This document shows, in pieces, positions 19,857-30,075 of a stretch of 64,000 nt of DNA. Numbering within the stretch: the first letter of the stretch is position 1; each line of letters begins with the position of its first letter. Source of the stretch: Candidatus Latescibacterota bacterium. Lineage in GTDB: Bacteria; Latescibacterota; UBA2968; GCA-2709665. Location: the NCBI GenBank assembly GCA_965226795.1, contig CBDDDZ010000005.1, positions 1,792,001 through 1,856,000 of the forward strand, in the 5' to 3' direction. The notes under the pieces are model-generated. The model did not search any database, was not told the origin of the DNA, and saw only the letters and a list, made by a program, of their open reading frames with translations. The translations under genes and the position numbers were made by a program.

Positions 19857-22619
19857 ATGTCAAAACGCGCCCTCAAGTTTCTTCTTCCTCTGGCCGGATT
19901 GCTTCTGGGATACACGGGCCTTCGCCTGATTGTCTTCTTTTATACCGACTGGCTCTGGTTTCAGAACCTCGGATACGGATCCGTTCTCGTCACCACGGCA
20001 TTCGCCCGCCTTCTTGCCTTTCTCGGCTTTGGAACCGCCTTTGCGGTCTTGGCGGCAGTTAACGTCTACATTGCGCACAAGTATGGCCGGCACACCCGCG
20101 AGATGCCTCTCGAGGTCCTTGCCGCCGACGTCGAACCGGTTCTGCCGGAACGACGTAAGCGCCAGTTACTCCTCTGGTCAGGCACAATAGCCCTGTTAAC
20201 GGGCGTCGCCGGCCTGATCGGCGCCGCGGCCTGGATGCCGTTGCTGCGTTACTTCTATCCCATTCCATTCGGATTCACCGACCCTGTTTTCAACAACGAT
20301 CTCAGCTTTTACTTCTTCAGCCTCCCCGTGTACAACTTTGTGCAGGGCTGGTTGGCATTCACCGTTATCCTTACCATCATCCTTGTCAGCTTCTCATATC
20401 ACCAGGACCGCGCACTTCGTAAAGCAGAACGAGGCTGGTCATCCACACCGTATGTCCGCGCCCACCTCTCCGTCCTGGCGGCAATTCTCGCGTTCGTCTG
20501 CGCCTGGTGGTACTGGCTCAGGGAATACGAAATCCTCTATTCCTTTCGCAAAGATGCCTTCTTCGGCGCCGGATATACCGACGTCCACGTTCAGGTATTC
20601 GCCTATCGGTTGATGATGGTCCTCTCCATCCTTCTCGGCGCTCTGCTGTTGTACAACCTGCGCGAAAAAAAATGGTGGCCGTTCGCGTACGGCGGCAGCG
20701 CCTATTTCTCGGCAATTCTTCTGCTCAGCTGGCTATTTCCAATTCTCTTTGAGCAAATCGTGGTAAAACCCGACGAATTGAGACTTGAAGAACCCTACAT
20801 TCGGCGAACCATTGAATACACGCAGAGGGCGTACGGGCTGGATCGGATCGAAGAAGTCCCGTTTCCGGCGGAGTCCGATCTGAGTTTCGAGGATATCCGG
20901 AACAATATGCCCACCATCCGCAACATCCCCCTCTGGGACCGCCGACCCCTGATCGCAACCTACAGCCAGCTTCAGGAAATCCGGTCCTACTATCGTTTCG
21001 GCAGTGTCGACGTGGACCGCTATTCCATCAACGGCGAATACCAGCAAGTGCTGATAGCCGCGCGCGAATTCTCACGAGAACAGTTCGCAATTCAGGGGGA
21101 AACCTGGGTCAACCGCCACCTGGTCTACACACACGGTTACGGCTTCTGCATGAGCCCGGCGAATAAAATCGGCGAAGAGGGCCTTCCGGAATTCTATGTC
21201 AAAGACATCCCGCCCAGCCCGTCGGTAGACATCCTGGTCGATCGCCCCGAGATCTATTATGGCGAAGCCATTCAGGATTACGTGATTGTCAATACCAGGA
21301 CCGAGGAATTCGACTACCCTCGCGGCGACGAAAACGCTTACACCACCTACCAGGGTATTGGCGGTGTGCCCGTCAATTCGTTCCTTCACCGGCTCCTGTT
21401 CGCCCTGCGCTTCGGGGATCCGTATCTGCTGGTCACGAAGAACCTGAAGCCCGAAAGCCGAATACAATTCGACCGGCACATCGGTCGTCGTTTTCGGGAC
21501 GAAGGCCCCAAGCGGTTCCAGAAACTGGCACCATATCTCCGTTTCGACAAAGACCCCTATCTCGTCACGGTGAACGGACGACTTGTCTGGATACAGGACG
21601 CCTATACCGAAAGCAACATGTACCCATACGCCGAGCCCTACGGCAGACCCTATGTGCGTGAAGCCAACTACATCCGCAACGCCGTCAAGGCCACCCTCGA
21701 TGCCTATGATGGCACCGTCACGTTTTACGTGTGGGATCCGGACGATCCGCTGATCCGATCCTACATGGAGATTTTCCCGGATCTCTATCGGCCGAAGGAG
21801 GCCATGCCCGAGGCCCTGCGCGCCCACGTCCGATACCCGGCAGACCTGTTTGAAATCCAGGCGTCTCTCTACAACACGTACCATATGGCCTCACCCCAGG
21901 TGTTTTACAACCGTGAAGACGTCTGGGAACCGGCCATGGAAATTTACGGAGTTTCCGAACGCCCGCGGGTTATGGCGCCCTATTACATCATCGTCAAACT
22001 GCCGGACGCCAACCGGGAGGAGTTCGTGTTGATGCTGCCGGCCACCCCCGCCGGAAGAGCCAACATGATCGCGTGGCTTCTCGCCCGATGCGACGGGCCC
22101 AACTATGGACGGCTTATGGTATACAAGCTGCCCAAGGAAAAACTCATTTACGGTCCCATGTTGATCGAACGCCGTATCGATCAGGATACGGAGGTCTCAC
22201 GGGAGATTACGCTATGGAGCCAGAGGGGTTCGGACGTGCTCCGAGGCAACCTTCTCGTCGTTCCCATCGAAAACGGCTTCATCTACGTTGAACCGCTCTA
22301 CCTGAGGGCCACACAGAGCGGTATGCCCGAACTGAAGCGGGTATTGGTGGCGAACGGCGATAGACTCGCAATGGCCGAAAACCTGGAAGAGGCGTTGTAT
22401 CTGGCCTTCGACGAGCAAGGAACCGTCCCGGATTTCCGTCACCACCCTGCGCAGACAACGACGGGTTTTCGAATATTGAGCCAAACCGCCCTCACGCAGT
22501 TCGACACGGCACAGTCCCGACTTCGAAAGGGAGACTTCGCGGGCTATGGAGAAACGGTACAGAGCCTGCGGAAGACACTTCAACAACTGTGGAACGAGGC
22601 GGAGACAGAGGGAAAATAA
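19857..22619 (+). CDS. UPF0182 family membrane protein
   Basis: YTDWLWF, DPVFNNDLSFYFFSLP, GAGYTDV, NIPLWD, WVNRHLVYTHGYG, NYIRNAVKA and GNLLVVPI. Confidence 0.93.
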   Translation: MSKRALKFLLPLAGLLLGYTGLRLIVFFYTDWLWFQNLGYGSVLVTTAFARLLAFLGFGTAFAVLAAVNVYIAHKYGRHTREMPLEVLAADVEPVLPERRKRQLLLWSGTIALLTGVAGLIGAAAWMPLLRYFYPIPFGFTDPVFNNDLSFYFFSLPVYNFVQGWLAFTVILTIILVSFSYHQDRALRKAERGWSSTPYVRAHLSVLAAILAFVCAWWYWLREYEILYSFRKDAFFGAGYTDVHVQVFAYRLMMVLSILLGALLLYNLREKKWWPFAYGGSAYFSAILLLSWLFPILFEQIVVKPDELRLEEPYIRRTIEYTQRAYGLDRIEEVPFPAESDLSFEDIRNNMPTIRNIPLWDRRPLIATYSQLQEIRSYYRFGSVDVDRYSINGEYQQVLIAAREFSREQFAIQGETWVNRHLVYTHGYGFCMSPANKIGEEGLPEFYVKDIPPSPSVDILVDRPEIYYGEAIQDYVIVNTRTEEFDYPRGDENAYTTYQGIGGVPVNSFLHRLLFALRFGDPYLLVTKNLKPESRIQFDRHIGRRFRDEGPKRFQKLAPYLRFDKDPYLVTVNGRLVWIQDAYTESNMYPYAEPYGRPYVREANYIRNAVKATLDAYDGTVTFYVWDPDDPLIRSYMEIFPDLYRPKEAMPEALRAHVRYPADLFEIQASLYNTYHMASPQVFYNREDVWEPAMEIYGVSERPRVMAPYYIIVKLPDANREEFVLMLPATPAGRANMIAWLLARCDGPNYGRLMVYKLPKEKLIYGPMLIERRIDQDTEVSREITLWSQRGSDVLRGNLLVVPIENGFIYVEPLYLRATQSGMPELKRVLVANGDRLAMAENLEEALYLAFDEQGTVPDFRHHPAQTTTGFRILSQTALTQFDTAQSRLRKGDFAGYGETVQSLRKTLQQLWNEAETEGK

Positions 22620-22623
22620 GAGG

Positions 22624-23538
22624 ATGGCGGATGTCAATGCATCCAAATGGGCTTCGCTGACAACAGAACAGCGAAATCCCGCCAGCGCCTGTATCGACGA
22701 GGCATCCACCCTGCAGATCCTGGAGCTCCTCAACGAGGAAGACCAGAGGGTCCCGCGAGCTGTGAATGCCGTTTTATCGCAGGTCTCGGAAGCCGTAGAG
22801 CTCGTGGCCCGTGCGCTGAGGAACGGCGGCCGGCTCTTCTATGTCGGCGCCGGAACCAGTGGCCGGCTCGGTGTCATGGATGCCGCAGAGTGCCCGCCCA
22901 CGTTCGGAACCCCGCCTGAAACGGTACAGGGCATTATCGCGGGGGGCGAAGGCGCGCTTCTGCGTGCAGCGGAACGCGCCGAGGACCGTCCGGAAAACGG
23001 CGCGTCTGAACTACGCCGGCGACATCTGTCGGCGCGGGATATCGTCATGGGAATCGCCGCCAGCGGTGTGACGCCCTTTGTGCTGGGGGCGCTCGCCTAC
23101 GCCCGCCGCAAGAGCGCGGCAACCGTCTTTTTCACCTGCAACCCACAAGCGGCGGGCCGGGTCGACGCGGAGATCAAGATTGTACCGGAAGTCGGTCCGG
23201 AAGCTATCACCGGTTCCACCCGCCTGAAGGCCGGTACCGCGACCAAACTCGTACTGAACATGATCACGACGGCAACCATGGTGAGGCTGGGCAAGGTGTA
23301 CGGAAATCTGATGGTGGACCTTACACCCACCTGCGCAAAACTGAATGACCGCGCCCAGCGGATCCTGATGGAAACAACAGGACTCTCCCGCGAAGACAGC
23401 AGCCGTTTGCTCACTGCGGCCGGAGACGTCAAAACGGCCATCGTGATGTCAAAAAGGGCCGTCTCAAAGGAGACGGCCCGTCAATTGCTCGTAGAGAACG
23501 ACGGCATCGTAAAACTCGCGCTGGGGGACAGATCCTGA
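22624..23538 (+). CDS. murQ: N-acetylmuramic acid 6-phosphate etherase
   Basis: TEQRNP, GAGTSGRLGVMDAAECPPTFG, GPEAITGSTRLKAGTATK and GKVYGNLMVD. Confidence 0.96.
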   Translation: MADVNASKWASLTTEQRNPASACIDEASTLQILELLNEEDQRVPRAVNAVLSQVSEAVELVARALRNGGRLFYVGAGTSGRLGVMDAAECPPTFGTPPETVQGIIAGGEGALLRAAERAEDRPENGASELRRRHLSARDIVMGIAASGVTPFVLGALAYARRKSAATVFFTCNPQAAGRVDAEIKIVPEVGPEAITGSTRLKAGTATKLVLNMITTATMVRLGKVYGNLMVDLTPTCAKLNDRAQRILMETTGLSREDSSRLLTAAGDVKTAIVMSKRAVSKETARQLLVENDGIVKLALGDRS

Positions 23539-23541
23539 TTC

Positions 23542-25092
23542 CTATCGCGCGCGCGCAGATTTTTCACCAATTGTGCTGTAGAAGGCCTTGACCATCCGAT
23601 CCAGATGTCCTTTGGCATTTTCCGCCGCGCCTCTATCGATTGCAAACTCGGACTTGCCCACCAGCTTTAGACCGTGCCCGTAATCGTCGAACAGTGTATG
23701 GCAGAGCGCCTCAACCGACACGCCGTCGCGAGCGGCGGTTTCGGCCAAAACCGCCTTTGCGGAATCCGAAAACGTCAACGAAATTTCATACGTATCCAGA
23801 AAATCCGCAACATAAGACGAGATATCCCGGTGGACAAGCAACTGTCGCAACTCCAGTGTCGGGTTTTCCACAACATCGGCGGTAACGGTAAACGAACGGA
23901 TGTCGGTTGACGGAAGCGCTTTTTCGAATTTCAACAGCGCCCGTTCACTGACACTCACGAGCGCTCGCGCCCCCGTCTGTTCCGTAGACGCCTGTTCGGC
24001 CAGTCGGCGCAACGCGGCGTCTTCGAAGCTCACTTCAATTCCATAGGCCAGGAAATCCCGCTTCTTTCCAAGAATGACCGAACTTGTCGGACTCTTCAGG
24101 ATCTGATATAAATCCTCAACTGAAAGCGGCTCGAGCACGGCCACGACCGGCAGTCGCCCCACGAATTCGGATTCGAAACCGAACGCGATAAGGTCTTCCG
24201 TGATCGCCTGTTTCAAATAGGACATACGGTTCGCTTCATGGTTCTGCACCCGCTCCGTTTCGGCCTTGAATCCCATGCTGTTGCGATTGAGACGGCGTTT
24301 GATCAGATCCTCGAATCCGTTGAACGCGCCGCTTACGATAAAGAGTATATTTCGTGTGTTAATTTTCTTGCGTTCCATTTTTCCGCTTTGCTGATACTGC
24401 ATCATGGCTTCCATCTGCGAAGCCATGTCATGAGGCGCTTTCAGGTCCACCTCGGTCTCTTCCATCAACTTTAACAGATTGCGCTGAACGCCGCTTCGCG
24501 AGACGTCCGGGCCCACCAGGTTGGGGGTTGAAGCGATCTTGTCGATCTCGTCCACGTAGATGATACCGTACTGGGCCTTCTCAATGCTGCCGCCGGCCGC
24601 GCGCACCAATTCGCGCACCAGGTCTTCGACATCGCCGCCCACATATCCGGTTTCACTGAACTTGGTTGCATCGCCCTTCACGAAAGGAACGCCGATACGA
24701 TGGGCGATCAATTTGATGAGATACGTCTTACCCACCCCCGTCGGACCGATCAGCAGGATGTTGTTTTTGATGTTACCGACGGAACGGTGTTCGAATTCAG
24801 GATCTTTCCGATCCAGTTTCATCCGGTTGAAGTGGGTGCAGATCTTGGTGGCTAACACTTCCTTTGCCTCGTCCTGTCTGATCACGTACTCATCAAGAAA
24901 GGCCTCGAGTTCCACCGGCTTCAGGTCAAAGTCAATCGTCTCATCCTGCGTTTCCTTTGTATGCGGACCTTCATTGCTCCCTTCGGCCTCCGCCTGTGGA
25001 AATACAACCTGAGCGCCATACTTCTGTTCGATAAGTTCTTTGAGATCTTTCTGCAGTTCCTTGGGATTCACGGGTCGTTGTTCCGGCATCAT
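23542..25092 (-). CDS. ClpX-like AAA+ ATPase lacking the N-terminal zinc-binding domain, with a duplicated C-terminal small domain
   Basis: GPTGVGKT, DATKFSETGYVGGDVE, VDEIDKI, DVSRSGVQ..LLK, MGF loop, EFVGRLP and TGARAL. Confidence 0.85.
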   Translation of the reverse strand: MMPEQRPVNPKELQKDLKELIEQKYGAQVVFPQAEAEGSNEGPHTKETQDETIDFDLKPVELEAFLDEYVIRQDEAKEVLATKICTHFNRMKLDRKDPEFEHRSVGNIKNNILLIGPTGVGKTYLIKLIAHRIGVPFVKGDATKFSETGYVGGDVEDLVRELVRAAGGSIEKAQYGIIYVDEIDKIASTPNLVGPDVSRSGVQRNLLKLMEETEVDLKAPHDMASQMEAMMQYQQSGKMERKKINTRNILFIVSGAFNGFEDLIKRRLNRNSMGFKAETERVQNHEANRMSYLKQAITEDLIAFGFESEFVGRLPVVAVLEPLSVEDLYQILKSPTSSVILGKKRDFLAYGIEVSFEDAALRRLAEQASTEQTGARALVSVSERALLKFEKALPSTDIRSFTVTADVVENPTLELRQLLVHRDISSYVADFLDTYEISLTFSDSAKAVLAETAARDGVSVEALCHTLFDDYGHGLKLVGKSEFAIDRGAAENAKGHLDRMVKAFYSTIGEKSARAR

Positions 25093-25408
25093 TCACCATC
25101 TCCACATTTGGGCCGCTAAAATCGGCATCCGACTCACTTTCATGGCCGTGTAAGGATACCAGGTCCAGCCAGAAATGTCAAGAAGTTCAACGCTTTTCAA
25201 TCCCTCACCGGTTCCTGATGCCGGACCGACGTTCCGGCATACGAATCCTTTGGCGGTCTCAGGTCTTCGTTCAGCAGGGCACACCGGTTCGCTCGCGCTG
25301 TCGATTCCTGTAATGGGGGCCGGGGGGAATCAAATGATCCCAATCGCGGTGCCCGCAGTATGTAAACCACGGGCTCACACTTCAGAACTCTGATGCGGAT
25401 GTTGGCTT

Positions 25409-27136
25409 ATGAACCTCAGCTACTTCACACTGCGACGCCTGAGCCACGAACTGAACGAAATTCTGCCGGGAAAACGCGTCCGGCACGCCGTCCTTTCAGG
25501 AACGCACGAACTTATTCTCGAAACAAACGACGGTATACACCTGCTGCTCTCTGCCTCGCCCGCCACAGGCCGCCTGCAGTTTGTACACCGGCTTCCCGCG
25601 GCCGCACAGCCCCCACCGCCGTGGGTCGAACACCACCTTTTCAACAGCGTAATCCGTGAGATCTCTCAAATCCCGCTGGAGCGCATCCTTTCATTCACCA
25701 TGCGCAAACGCGATCGACTGGGTGGAGAACGCAAATATCGCCTGTACGTTGAGATGATCCACCGGCACAATAACGTCATCCTGACGTCGGAACCGGATCA
25801 GCGTATATTGGGGGCGCTGCGCAGGATGGGCGGAAAAGTGAACCGCCAGCGGCGAATTCTGCCAGGACAACCCTATCGGCCTCCGCCCGCACAGGACAGA
25901 ATTTCGCCGTATGAACTCACGCCCTCCGACCTCGCCAGTGCGTTCCGGCAACAGGCAGACCAGCCCGTCCGGACCCTCGCAAATGCCGTTGCCGGACTGG
26001 ACATCCTGACAGCCGCATCGCTGATTGCCGAAGCCGGCGTCAATCAGAACGCGGAACCAGCGCCCGAGGCGATCGAGTATCTGGCCAGCCGAATCCATTC
26101 TGTGTTTGCCCGACCACCCTTTCTGGAAAGACCCGAAATAGTGAGCATTCCTGATCACCCGCCGTCCATCCGAATCCTGAGTCTACCACACAGGCCGGGC
26201 GACGTGAAACACGTCTGCACATCCGTCACCGAAGCAATCGAGCGGCTCGTCGAGTCGGAAGAAAACCGGCAACACGCCAACTCAGACCGGCGCGTCATGT
26301 TCACGGAACTGAACCGGCGCCGCACATCACTCAAGAACAAGACCTTACGTATCCAGACCGATCTTGACGATTCGGGGAAAGCCGAACTTTACACGAAATA
26401 CGGGCATATCCTTATGGCAGGGCTGCACAGGATCCGCCTCGGAGACGCGTCCGTTACTCTTCCCGACGTGTACAATCCGGCGGGGCCGCCTGCTACCATC
26501 CCGCTTAAAACCAATAAACTGCCGCATGAGAATGCCGCCGCCTACCTGAAACGTAGCCGCAAGGCGGAAAAGGCGCGTCCCATCCTCACGCGACGCCTGG
26601 AAGCCACGCGAACGGAACACGCAACGGTCGAAGCCCTTCTGGAGCGTCTCGAAAAAACCATCAGCCAGGATGAGTTAACGATACTTCGGAACGAATTGAC
26701 GGAAACCGGATGGCTGAAGAGTCGCAAACGGAAACCGACCTCCGGCAGAAACGTCCCGTCCGAAACAAATCCCAGACGTTACCTGACCTCGGACGGGTGG
26801 ACCATTCTGGTGGGCCGCAACAACGTCGAGAACGACCGGCTCACGAAAGCCTCGGCCAAAGACGACCTCTTTTTTCATGCCCAGGGATGCCCGGGTTCGC
26901 ACGTCATCCTTCGGCGTGAAGGAAAACACCAGCGGCCCTCCGACACCGCTCTAAGGGAAGCCGCAAGCCTGGCCGCCTACTGGAGCAAAGCCCGGCATTC
27001 AAAGACCGTGCCAGTAAATTGCACCGAGGTCCGGTACGTACAAAAACCCCGAGGCGCCGCCCCGGGGCTCGTCACAATCCGTAATGAAACCACCCTTTTT
27101 GCTGCCCCCCATCAGCTCAAGAGAACCGAAGCGTAG
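25409..27136 (+). CDS. rqcH: Ribosome quality-control NFACT protein RqcH/Rqc2 (FbpA family)
   Basis: NFACT-N ERIL..EM..RHNNVIL, coiled coil ENAAAY, and NFACT-R VGRNNVEND.L..FHAQGCPGSHV..AASLAAYWSKA..KPRGAAPG. Confidence 0.88.
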   Translation: MNLSYFTLRRLSHELNEILPGKRVRHAVLSGTHELILETNDGIHLLLSASPATGRLQFVHRLPAAAQPPPPWVEHHLFNSVIREISQIPLERILSFTMRKRDRLGGERKYRLYVEMIHRHNNVILTSEPDQRILGALRRMGGKVNRQRRILPGQPYRPPPAQDRISPYELTPSDLASAFRQQADQPVRTLANAVAGLDILTAASLIAEAGVNQNAEPAPEAIEYLASRIHSVFARPPFLERPEIVSIPDHPPSIRILSLPHRPGDVKHVCTSVTEAIERLVESEENRQHANSDRRVMFTELNRRRTSLKNKTLRIQTDLDDSGKAELYTKYGHILMAGLHRIRLGDASVTLPDVYNPAGPPATIPLKTNKLPHENAAAYLKRSRKAEKARPILTRRLEATRTEHATVEALLERLEKTISQDELTILRNELTETGWLKSRKRKPTSGRNVPSETNPRRYLTSDGWTILVGRNNVENDRLTKASAKDDLFFHAQGCPGSHVILRREGKHQRPSDTALREAASLAAYWSKARHSKTVPVNCTEVRYVQKPRGAAPGLVTIRNETTLFAAPHQLKRTEA

Positions 27137-27170
27137 CACGGGGGCGCGGGCAAGCCACCCCGGCCATACC

Positions 27171-27935
27171 CTACCAGATTTTCGTATAATACACCAACCG
27201 GACCTGACGATCGATACTCTTCGACCGCTTGCCGTCGCGAAACAGGTTCTTGACATCCACTTCGAGATTCAGCCGATCGGAAGGCATCCAGCGCCCGCCC
27301 AGATTCAGCCTCCCTCTGCCCGAACCCAGCGAATTGTCTTCGTTGTCGTTGATCGCGAAGTCGTATTCCACTAACAATGCAAAGGCGCGCTTCACCTCGA
27401 CATCGGCGCCCAAAAACCCCGAAAAATCCCCGTCCCCGTCTCCATCCTCCAGGCTGCGATTCAATCCGGCGTGGACCCCCATATCTCCAAGCGGCATCCC
27501 GTAGTTCTTGCTCGCCACCCCATAAAAGCCCTTGGACTTGACCGCATATCGCTTCAGTCCCTCGTCGTACTCCCCGTATCCCTGGGAATGATAGCCCACG
27601 GCAACGGCCGGAATCTTCAACTCCTCCTCGATCACCCGGACACGGCCCGCCACCTCCACTCGTGGATTCCACGCGGCCTCACGGCTGCCCACAAGATGCT
27701 GTCCGCCGAATGAAACCCCTATACTGACACGATTGTGGACGCCGACTTCGATTTGAGAGAGAATGCCGCTATCGCCATACAATCGCAGATCCGCGGACAG
27801 GCGACCTGCAGGCAGCATGCCGGCGGTTGGCCCATCCACCAGCCATCGTGGCACATTCCCCTGGGCAATGGCCAAGTCGCAATTCCCCCAACAGACGGCA
27901 AACAACAGCAACATCCACCTCGCGTACCGTATCAT
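27171..27935 (-). CDS. Outer-membrane beta-barrel protein (YjbH-like)
   Basis: Signal peptide, LVDGPTAGML, alternating beta-strands, aromatic C-terminus. Confidence 0.6.
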   Translation of the reverse strand: MIRYARWMLLLFAVCWGNCDLAIAQGNVPRWLVDGPTAGMLPAGRLSADLRLYGDSGILSQIEVGVHNRVSIGVSFGGQHLVGSREAAWNPRVEVAGRVRVIEEELKIPAVAVGYHSQGYGEYDEGLKRYAVKSKGFYGVASKNYGMPLGDMGVHAGLNRSLEDGDGDGDFSGFLGADVEVKRAFALLVEYDFAINDNEDNSLGSGRGRLNLGGRWMPSDRLNLEVDVKNLFRDGKRSKSIDRQVRLVYYTKIW

Positions 27936-28387
27936 GTGCCTTCTCCATAGTCAAGTATGAATCTGCGTGAATCGGATTCCGGAGTTTCAATCTGGATGCG
28001 CAGCGTCCGCTCCGGAAGCAGCGATCCGGCGCGCTCGGCCCATTCGATCAGACAGATGCCGTTGCCGGCAAGGTAATCATCCCATCCCAGGTCGATGAGG
28101 GCCTCGACATCAGGGAGCCTGTACAGATCGAAGTGGTAGATCGGTATTGGACGCGACGCGACGTCTCTGCCCAGGTATTCATTCACCAGGATGAACGTGG
28201 GACTGGTCACCCGGTCCGACACGTTCAACCCTTCACAGATGCCCTGTGCAAGGCAGGTCTTGCCGCTGCCGAGTTCTCCGATCAGTCCGACACAGTCACC
28301 TGGCCGCAAACGAACGGACAACTTCCTGCCGAACGCTCGCGTCTGTTCCGGCGACGTGGTGTTGAATTCGGCCCTTGAGTTCCGCAT
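27932..28387 (-). CDS. tsaE: tRNA t6A37 biosynthesis ATPase TsaE
   Basis: GELGSGKT, VTSPTF, YHFDLYRL and LIEWAE. Confidence 0.96.
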   Translation of the reverse strand: MRNSRAEFNTTSPEQTRAFGRKLSVRLRPGDCVGLIGELGSGKTCLAQGICEGLNVSDRVTSPTFILVNEYLGRDVASRPIPIYHFDLYRLPDVEALIDLGWDDYLAGNGICLIEWAERAGSLLPERTLRIQIETPESDSRRFILDYGEGT

Positions 28388-28498
28388 CGGGATACGTTAC
28401 GAGGGTGCGTTGAGGCGTCGCGAATAATCCACGTGTCGAGTGGCCATGCAAACCCTGCTCCTGGCAGTCGGAAGCAAACGCGAGAAATGCGCACTCGG

Positions 28499-30055
28499 TC
28501 ATTTGCCTCTCATAACCGCAACCGGCAGGACCATCTCCTCAAGTGAAATACCGCCGTGCTGGAAACTATTCGCGTAATACCTCTGGTATTCGTTGAATTT
28601 CGTGGGATAGACGAAATAATAGTCCTCCCGCGAAATGATGTAGGTGGTGCCTATCCCCAAATCGGGCAGGCGATAGATATCCGGATCCGCAATATAGAGT
28701 GCATGCCGGGTGTCGCACCGAAGGTGTTTGCCGTATTTGTATCGGAGATTGGTCGACGTATCCCGGTTTCCACGGGCAACGGTCGCACGGTTACTCATTA
28801 CGCAGCCGTGGTCGGTTGTCAACACCACCGTGGTATCGGTATCCGCCAGCTTTCGCAACATTTCAAACAATGATGAATGAGAAAACCAGGATCGTCCGAG
28901 CGACCGGTACGCGGACTCGTTTGGCGCCATCTCCTTCAGAATATCCGATTCCGACCTTCCGTGCGCCAGAATATCCAGGAAATTGACCACCACCGACATT
29001 AGCGGGAAAGACCGGTATGAATGCACCTTTTTGACCAGATGGTTGCCCTCGGCAATATCCAGTACCTTGACGTATCGGGTATCCAGCTTCAACGTGGGAT
29101 CCAGTTCCTGAATCTGGCGATCCAGGAGCTGATGCTCGTGCCGGTTTCGGCTGTTGTCGTCGTCCCAACCGGAACGCCACTCCTGCGGATACAACTCGGC
29201 GACGTCACTGGGGAAGAGACCGCTGAAAATGGCGTTTCTGGAATAGGGTGTGGCCGTGGGGAGAATGGAATAGTGGAAGTGTTGCTCTATATTGAACAAT
29301 TCGGACAAAAGCGGTGCGATGGCCAGCCAGTGATCCAATCGCATACAGTCCACAACCACAAGGAACACCTGCTGGCCGTCCTGAAGCGCGGGCAGCACAA
29401 ACTCACTCACGACGTCGACCGACAACACCGGGGAATCCTTATCGTCCTGAAGCCAGTGGGCATAGTGGGTTTCCACGAAGCGTCCGAACTCCCGATTGCA
29501 CGCCCGCCGCAAATCCTCGTGCATCTTTCTCAGGCCGGCATCGTAGAACCGGTCCAATTCCAGATCCCATTCGGAAAGCTTCACATGGATATCGATCCAA
29601 TCCTGCCAGGTCATGTCGCCGGCCATGGACGCACGTATACGATTGGACACGGCGGCATAATCCAATCCCATTCGCCCCGTCACTATCTGACGTGCGTCGA
29701 GCAATTTCTTGCAGGCCGAGAGAATCTGGCTGGGGTTCACCGGCTTCGTCAGATAGTCGTCGATCCGATGGCCCAGCGCTTCCTCCATCAGGCGCTCCTC
29801 TTCATTCTTCGTTATCATGATAATGGGGATATCGGGGTTGATTTCCTTGATCATTGCAAGCGTGGAAAGCCCGCCTCGACCGGCCATCATTTCATCCAGA
29901 AGGACGATGTCGAACCCCCGCTGCTTCACCATCGCAATGGCGTCATCCCCGTTCGTTACCGGCGTAACCTTGTAGCCGCGAGATCCAAGGAAAATCGTAT
30001 GCGGCCTTAAAAGGTCGATTTCGTCGTCTGCCCACAGAACCTGTTTTTCTTTCAT
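28499..30055 (-). CDS. porX: PorX-like response regulator (REC + PglZ/alkaline-phosphatase domain)
   Basis: REC WADDE..LLDEMM..KP; PglZ VVDCMRLD, LPTATPYSRNAIFSG, DILAH, TTDHG, FQHGGISLEEM; upstream of tsaE as in Bacteroidota. Confidence 0.88.
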   Translation of the reverse strand: MKEKQVLWADDEIDLLRPHTIFLGSRGYKVTPVTNGDDAIAMVKQRGFDIVLLDEMMAGRGGLSTLAMIKEINPDIPIIMITKNEEERLMEEALGHRIDDYLTKPVNPSQILSACKKLLDARQIVTGRMGLDYAAVSNRIRASMAGDMTWQDWIDIHVKLSEWDLELDRFYDAGLRKMHEDLRRACNREFGRFVETHYAHWLQDDKDSPVLSVDVVSEFVLPALQDGQQVFLVVVDCMRLDHWLAIAPLLSELFNIEQHFHYSILPTATPYSRNAIFSGLFPSDVAELYPQEWRSGWDDDNSRNRHEHQLLDRQIQELDPTLKLDTRYVKVLDIAEGNHLVKKVHSYRSFPLMSVVVNFLDILAHGRSESDILKEMAPNESAYRSLGRSWFSHSSLFEMLRKLADTDTTVVLTTDHGCVMSNRATVARGNRDTSTNLRYKYGKHLRCDTRHALYIADPDIYRLPDLGIGTTYIISREDYYFVYPTKFNEYQRYYANSFQHGGISLEEMVLPVAVMRGK

Positions 30056-30075
30056 GACGTTCTTCCTCCCCGCCG

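Noticed and set aside
28499..30055. BREX system suggested by the PglZ domain
   Set aside because: PglZ is fused to a receiver domain in porX-tsaE context, and no brxC/pglX is present.
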